A stretch of DNA of 62,047 bases from a virus (Duplodnaviria > Caudoviricetes). The position numbers were made by a program, and so were the translations under genes. Below are positions 58,158 through 62,047 of this stretch, piece after piece. Under the pieces are notes generated by a model. It had not been told where the DNA came from, ran no database searches, and saw nothing but the letters and a program-made list of their open reading frames with translations. Where the stretch lies: IMG/VR virus record IMGVR_UViG_3300032239_001225, positions 1 to 62,047 of that record; one strand, written 5' to 3'. The first letter of the stretch is position 1. Every line of letters begins with the position of its first letter.

Positions 58158-58709
58158 ATGACAACCATAGTAGGCGTTTGTAAAAATGGAAATGTAACAA
58201 TAGGTGCTGATTCTCAGGTTACTGATGGTAATCGGAGAAACAATCATCCTAAAATGGAAAAGATTTCTAAAAAAAATGGTTACTTAATTGCTGGAAGTGG
58301 GGATTCGCAGCCATGCGATATATTGCAACATATATTCCTTCCACCAGTTCCAACAGTTAAAGAAAGAGAAGATCTTTATCATTTTATGATTGTTAAGTTT
58401 ATTCCAGCAATGCGGGAATGCCTAGAAGAAAATGGTTGGAAGCCTGACAGAGAAGATAAAGATTCAGGATTTAACTTCCTGATAGCCTTTGACGGAGAGA
58501 TATTTGACATAGGTGATGACTTTAGTGTAATATTAAACTCTGAAGGAATTTATGGCGTGGGAGCAGGCTCCCAATACGCCATTGGTGCGTTGTACGCTGG
58601 AGCATCAGTAGAGAAATCTCTCGAAATTGCTGCTAACAATGATGTTTATACTTCTGGACCATTCCAGATTGTAAGACAACAAAAGCAAAATAAAACAAAA
58701 AAAGATTGA
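58158..58709 (+). CDS. Ntn-hydrolase peptidase (proteasome beta/HslV-like)
   Basis: N-terminal MTTIVG, GADSQ, K.I, G.G.G..YA.GAL and D.YT. Confidence 0.85.
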   Translation: MTTIVGVCKNGNVTIGADSQVTDGNRRNNHPKMEKISKKNGYLIAGSGDSQPCDILQHIFLPPVPTVKEREDLYHFMIVKFIPAMRECLEENGWKPDREDKDSGFNFLIAFDGEIFDIGDDFSVILNSEGIYGVGAGSQYAIGALYAGASVEKSLEIAANNDVYTSGPFQIVRQQKQNKTKKD

Positions 58710-58761
58710 TTGCAAACGCAATCATTATCCTGTACAGGGATACTAACTAGATAGGAATAAA

Positions 58762-59841
58762 ATGAACATAACAAAAAAGATCGCCCTTGCAACTGCTGCA
58801 GCCCTTGCAATCGTAGGCGTTTCAACTTCAGCACACGCAGCACCGTTAGCGGTAACTGTCGCTGGAGCAACAAATGCAACAACATCTGCAGCACCAGTAA
58901 CGGTGGCAGTACCAGTATCAAATGTAATTGATTCATCAAATACAGTAGCACTTGCTGCTGCAGCAGATACTGCAACAGTTATTAATTTCGTTGCATCAGG
59001 CGTAAAGCTTGTATCAGCACTTAACACAACACTTGCACCAGTTTCTGTTGCATCAGGTGTATCATCACTTTCTGTAACATCAACAGGTGTTGCAGCAACA
59101 GTTTATGCATACACAACTTCAACTTCTGTTGGATCAGTTACCATCACAAATGGTTCATATTCAACAATTGTTTATATCAAGGGTAATGCTGGAGTAGCAG
59201 CAAATATTGCACTTTCAGTACCAGCAACTACTGCAGTCGGTACAGTTCCAACAATTTCAGTTTCAGCAACTGACGTATTTGGAAATCCAGTCGGTTCAGA
59301 AGCAGTTTCAGTAACACTTATTGGTGCAAGCTTCTCTGATGCATCAGTTACAAAGGTTCTTACTACCGCATCAGTTACCTCTGCTGCTGGTGTTACACCA
59401 GTAACAGTTCTTGGTTCAGCAACAGGTACACTTGCTACAGCAGTAGCAGGAACAGTAACTGTAGTTGCAACAGATGCTTCAATTGCAGCAACTGCAACAG
59501 GATTGCCTGCAGCAGTAAAGTCAGCACTTGCAACATTTACCATCACTGACCTTGGTGCACAGATTGCAGCATTAAATTCTGCACTTTCAGCAGAAAAGGT
59601 AGCACACGCTGCTGATATTGCTGCACTTACAGCAGAAAAGGCAGCACATGCTGCTGATTTAACATCTGCAAAGTCTGCACTTGATGCAGCAACAACTGCA
59701 CTTACAGTTGAGAAAGCAGCACATGCTGCTGATAATGCTACAAATGCAACTGCTTCTGCAGCAGCAAGTGTAAAGTATGCAGCACTAGTTGCTAAGTACA
59801 ATGCTATGGCTAAGAAGTACAAGTTCGCAGCAATTAAGTAA
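58762..59841 (+). CDS. Secreted Ala/Thr/Val-rich surface protein with Ig-like domain and C-terminal coiled coil
   Basis: Signal peptide ending AHA-A; ATDVFGNPV motif; AEKAAHAAD repeats. Confidence 0.7.
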   Translation: MNITKKIALATAAALAIVGVSTSAHAAPLAVTVAGATNATTSAAPVTVAVPVSNVIDSSNTVALAAAADTATVINFVASGVKLVSALNTTLAPVSVASGVSSLSVTSTGVAATVYAYTTSTSVGSVTITNGSYSTIVYIKGNAGVAANIALSVPATTAVGTVPTISVSATDVFGNPVGSEAVSVTLIGASFSDASVTKVLTTASVTSAAGVTPVTVLGSATGTLATAVAGTVTVVATDASIAATATGLPAAVKSALATFTITDLGAQIAALNSALSAEKVAHAADIAALTAEKAAHAADLTSAKSALDAATTALTVEKAAHAADNATNATASAAASVKYAALVAKYNAMAKKYKFAAIK

Positions 59842-59854
59842 ATAGTACAACCTT

Positions 59855-59887
59855 GGGGGACGGGAATTTAATTGTCCCGTCCCTTTT
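59855..59887 (+). terminator. Intrinsic terminator
   Basis: GGGACGGGA-N9-TCCCGTCCC followed by TTTT. Confidence 0.8.
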
Positions 59888-59911
59888 GGTATAATAATAC
59901 AGGAGGCATAA

Positions 59912-60193
59912 ATGCAACAATGGCAATCATGGGCACTATCAATTGTAGGTGTCATAGGTATATATCTTACAGGACGTAAAAACTGGAGGGGATATGCAGT
60001 AGGTATCTTTACAGAATGTGCTTGGGTATGGTATGCTATAGTAACAAAGCAATGGGGATTCATATTTGGATCAACAATTTATGTCTCAGTTTATCTATTT
60101 AATATTAATAAATGGATTACAGAAGCAAGAGCAAATAAAATTAAAAGCATGTTCCACATAAACCCTTTACACACATACAGAAAGAGTAAATAA
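59912..60193 (+). CDS. PnuC-like small membrane protein
   Basis: Three hydrophobic helices; W.LS..G..G..L.G.K.W.G...W..Y pattern. Confidence 0.55.
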   Translation: MQQWQSWALSIVGVIGIYLTGRKNWRGYAVGIFTECAWVWYAIVTKQWGFIFGSTIYVSVYLFNINKWITEARANKIKSMFHINPLHTYRKSK

Positions 60194-60417
60194 TGGCCAG
60201 TGTACCACTATCTTTATTAGAACTTGAAACAATTGCTGCAGATATAGCACAAGAATTATTGGAAGATTGGGCTATCAATGATCGTCAAATCAATAAAGAT
60301 TCAGTTAAAGCAGCACAAGATGCAATTAGTGACACGATTCTAGTAATAAATAGCTTTATGGAAAAGATGAATAATGCTATGGATGAAAAAGCAAGAGAAC
60401 AAAGAATCATTAATTAA
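60193..60417 (+). CDS. Hypothetical protein
   Basis: Coupled ORF. Confidence 0.55.
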   Translation: MASVPLSLLELETIAADIAQELLEDWAINDRQINKDSVKAAQDAISDTILVINSFMEKMNNAMDEKAREQRIIN

Positions 60418-60469
60418 ACAATAATTGTGGTAAGATTATCATATACTTAATATAACCGAGGTGTGATAA

Positions 60470-60826
60470 ATTAAAAAGACATTTAAAAAAATAAGAGTTA
60501 AATCAGAAGAATTTTCTGATATTGTTTCAGATATTGCTGCAAATCCCTGGTTCATTGTTTCCCATTTAATTTGGTGGGCATTGTGGATAGGATTTAAGGT
60601 AGAACCTTTCCCATACGGGCTATTAACCCTTATAGTGTCATTAGAAGCCATTGTATTGTCTGGCCTACTATTATCTTCAGGAAATCGTGAAGGTGAGCAG
60701 GAAAAGAAAATTGCCAGAAAAGACCTTAGAATCAGTACAGAAACTAATATGATGGTTGAAGAAATTCAAGAAATTTTGCGGGATCTTCAAGAAGATGTAA
60801 GACTCCTCATAGATGAGGAGGAATAG
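60470..60826 (+). CDS. DUF1003-like membrane protein, probable ATT start
   Basis: F...H..W...W....PFPYGLLTLIVSLEAI.LS pattern; frame is open from ATT 60470 with GAGGTG SD. Confidence 0.65.
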   Translation: MKKTFKKIRVKSEEFSDIVSDIAANPWFIVSHLIWWALWIGFKVEPFPYGLLTLIVSLEAIVLSGLLLSSGNREGEQEKKIARKDLRISTETNMMVEEIQEILRDLQEDVRLLIDEEE

Positions 60827-60828
60827 CA

Positions 60829-60930
60829 ATGTTTTCATTAGAACTAGTAAACACTATAATTCTATGCATAAACACAAGTGCCATAATAGGAATATCTATC
60901 ATGGCACGTAATAAGTGTAAAGCTAAATAA
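60829..60930 (+). CDS. Small single-TM protein (33 aa, not in track)
   Basis: GAGGAGG SD; hydrophobic core and basic tail. Confidence 0.4.
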   Translation: MFSLELVNTIILCINTSAIIGISIMARNKCKAK

Positions 60931-61218
60931 TTACTTTAAAGCTTTTTTATCTACTGAAGCAAATGCATCATTAATTTCATCAACAGTTAATTTGCCATCG
61001 TCAAGGAATCCACGAGCAAGTTTTTCTACGACAGTAGCTACTCCTAGAGTTCCAGCAAGTATGACAGCTTTTACTGTATTAATTCCTACTACCGCACCAG
61101 CACCAATAATACTTAAGCCAGAGGCAGCAAATACTGCTACTATTCTAGCAAAAATATTATTAACGCTTGCAATTGCACCTGATCCAACTTGAGTTGGGTC
61201 TTGATTTTTTTTAGCCAT
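60931..61218 (-). CDS. Small membrane protein, holin-like
   Basis: Two hydrophobic helices; AAGGAG SD. Confidence 0.55.
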   Translation of the reverse strand: MAKKNQDPTQVGSGAIASVNNIFARIVAVFAASGLSIIGAGAVVGINTVKAVILAGTLGVATVVEKLARGFLDDGKLTVDEINDAFASVDKKALK

Positions 61219-61219
61219 G

Positions 61220-61405
61220 TTATTCTCCTTCTTTTGGATTTCTTAGTCTTAAGGTTATTACCCAAACAACAAATGATATTAGTGTTACCTTACCAATTAC
61301 TGTTTTTGCTGATCCAGTAAGAACGAGCCATGCTGAGAATAGCCCAACAAATGTCCAAATCTCACTGAAAAAGTCTTTTGATATATCTTTAAAGAACTGT
61401 TTCAT
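61220..61405 (-). CDS. Small two-TM membrane protein
   Basis: Hydrophobic 61-aa ORF with AGGAGG SD, coupled to neighbours. Confidence 0.6.
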   Translation of the reverse strand: MKQFFKDISKDFFSEIWTFVGLFSAWLVLTGSAKTVIGKVTLISFVVWVITLRLRNPKEGE

Positions 61406-62047
61406 TAATTGAACCTCCTTCTGATGGCAGCAACCGCTATGGTCAATACCAAGATTTTTTTAGCTTTCTTTCTCGTTACAGGTGACATATCGTTTCCGAT
61501 ATTAGACATAGCAACGAATGCTTGATTAACTGCTTCTATTCCAGGCACTGCAGCAAGTGCACCAGTTACTGGTGTTAAAACAACAGGAACAGCAATGTCT
61601 GGAGAATTGAAACTAGTGCCTCCTGGTTGACCTATAAATGTATCAGCAGTAGTGATTGCGTCTGGAGGAATAGGTAAACCAGATCCTGGAGGTGGAGCAG
61701 GTGGGGTAAGGCTACCATCTTCTCCAACAACTTGAGGTGCAATTTGTGTACCAAAGAATTGAATACCACCATTTTCTACTCCTTTTACATCTACTTGAAT
61801 ATGAGGAACTAAAATTTCTGCAGGTGCAGGTTTTGGAATATCTGTTGGCAATTGTGAAGGATTGTTTGGAACAACTCCAATTGTTGTAATTGCTGCCTTG
61901 TCTGCTGCCTGTTGTGCTGCCAATGCCTCTGCTGCCTGTTGTGCTGCCAATGCCTCTGCTGCTGCTTTATCTGCTGCTGCTTTAGCCTCTGCTGCCTGTT
62001 GTGCTGCCAATGCCTCTGCTGCTGCTTTATCTGCTGCTGCTTTAGCC
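61405..62047 (-). CDS. Partial surface/membrane-anchored protein with Ala-rich stalk repeats (start beyond window)
   Basis: Frame open to the window edge; AQQAAEA/AAADKAAA repeats, Pro-rich region, C-terminal hydrophobic segment plus RRR. Confidence 0.65.
   Translation of the reverse strand, partial: AKAAADKAAAEALAAQQAAEAKAAADKAAAEALAAQQAAEALAAQQAADKAAITTIGVVPNNPSQLPTDIPKPAPAEILVPHIQVDVKGVENGGIQFFGTQIAPQVVGEDGSLTPPAPPPGSGLPIPPDAITTADTFIGQPGGTSFNSPDIAVPVVLTPVTGALAAVPGIEAVNQAFVAMSNIGNDMSPVTRKKAKKILVLTIAVAAIRRRFN
61901..62047 (-). repeat. Nested 27-nt and 60-nt tandem repeats
   Basis: TCTGCTGCCTGTTGTGCTGCCAATGCC units; 61925-61984 nearly identical to 61985-62044. Confidence 0.9.

Noticed and set aside
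59172-59822. 216-aa minus-strand ORF and other short antisense or alternate-frame ORFs in the track
   Set aside because: Shadows of codon-biased + strand genes, with no SD or recognisable motifs
1-62047. Stop-codon reassignment or suppressor tRNAs
   Set aside because: Genes are intact and densely packed under the standard code; no CUA, UUA or UCA anticodon was found
1-62047. Prophage or mobile-element boundaries
   Set aside because: No integrase, transposase, att-like repeat or host housekeeping block; host-like genes are interspersed with phage genes

Overview
An AT-rich segment of a large tailed dsDNA phage (siphovirus-type), almost all on the + strand. WhiB, a short-arm tRNA-Leu(UAA) and leaderless genes point to an actinobacterial host; the layout resembles large Streptomyces and freshwater actinophages. 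Order: 3' end of a probable scaffold/prohead protease gene, major capsid, neck, tail tube, tail chaperones with a -1 frameshift site, a 2818-aa tape measure, baseplate and fibre genes (1-28 kb); replication and recombination (DnaB, primase, SSB, DnaE, RecA, resolvases, Cas4-like nuclease; 29-42 kb); sugar-modification genes and terminase (42-47 kb); then an accessory region with 9 tRNAs, nucleotide-sugar enzymes, Hsp20, Dps, a subtilase, a CHAP protein, GroES, WhiB, thioredoxin, an Ntn peptidase and surface proteins. Most interesting: (1) three accessory proteins carry a W-x-G-x-F peptide that copies the C-terminus of the gene upstream of the capsid gene and also contain repeated candidate Lys cleavage sites, suggesting a capsid cargo-loading system; (2) an unassigned ~110-nt structured RNA with its own promoter ahead of tRNA-Gly and tRNA-Gln; (3) a ROSE-like RNA thermometer on hsp20; (4) a probable AUU start codon; (5) cassette-like inserts in the tape measure protein. 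All functional calls come from motif recognition by eye; no database searches were run.
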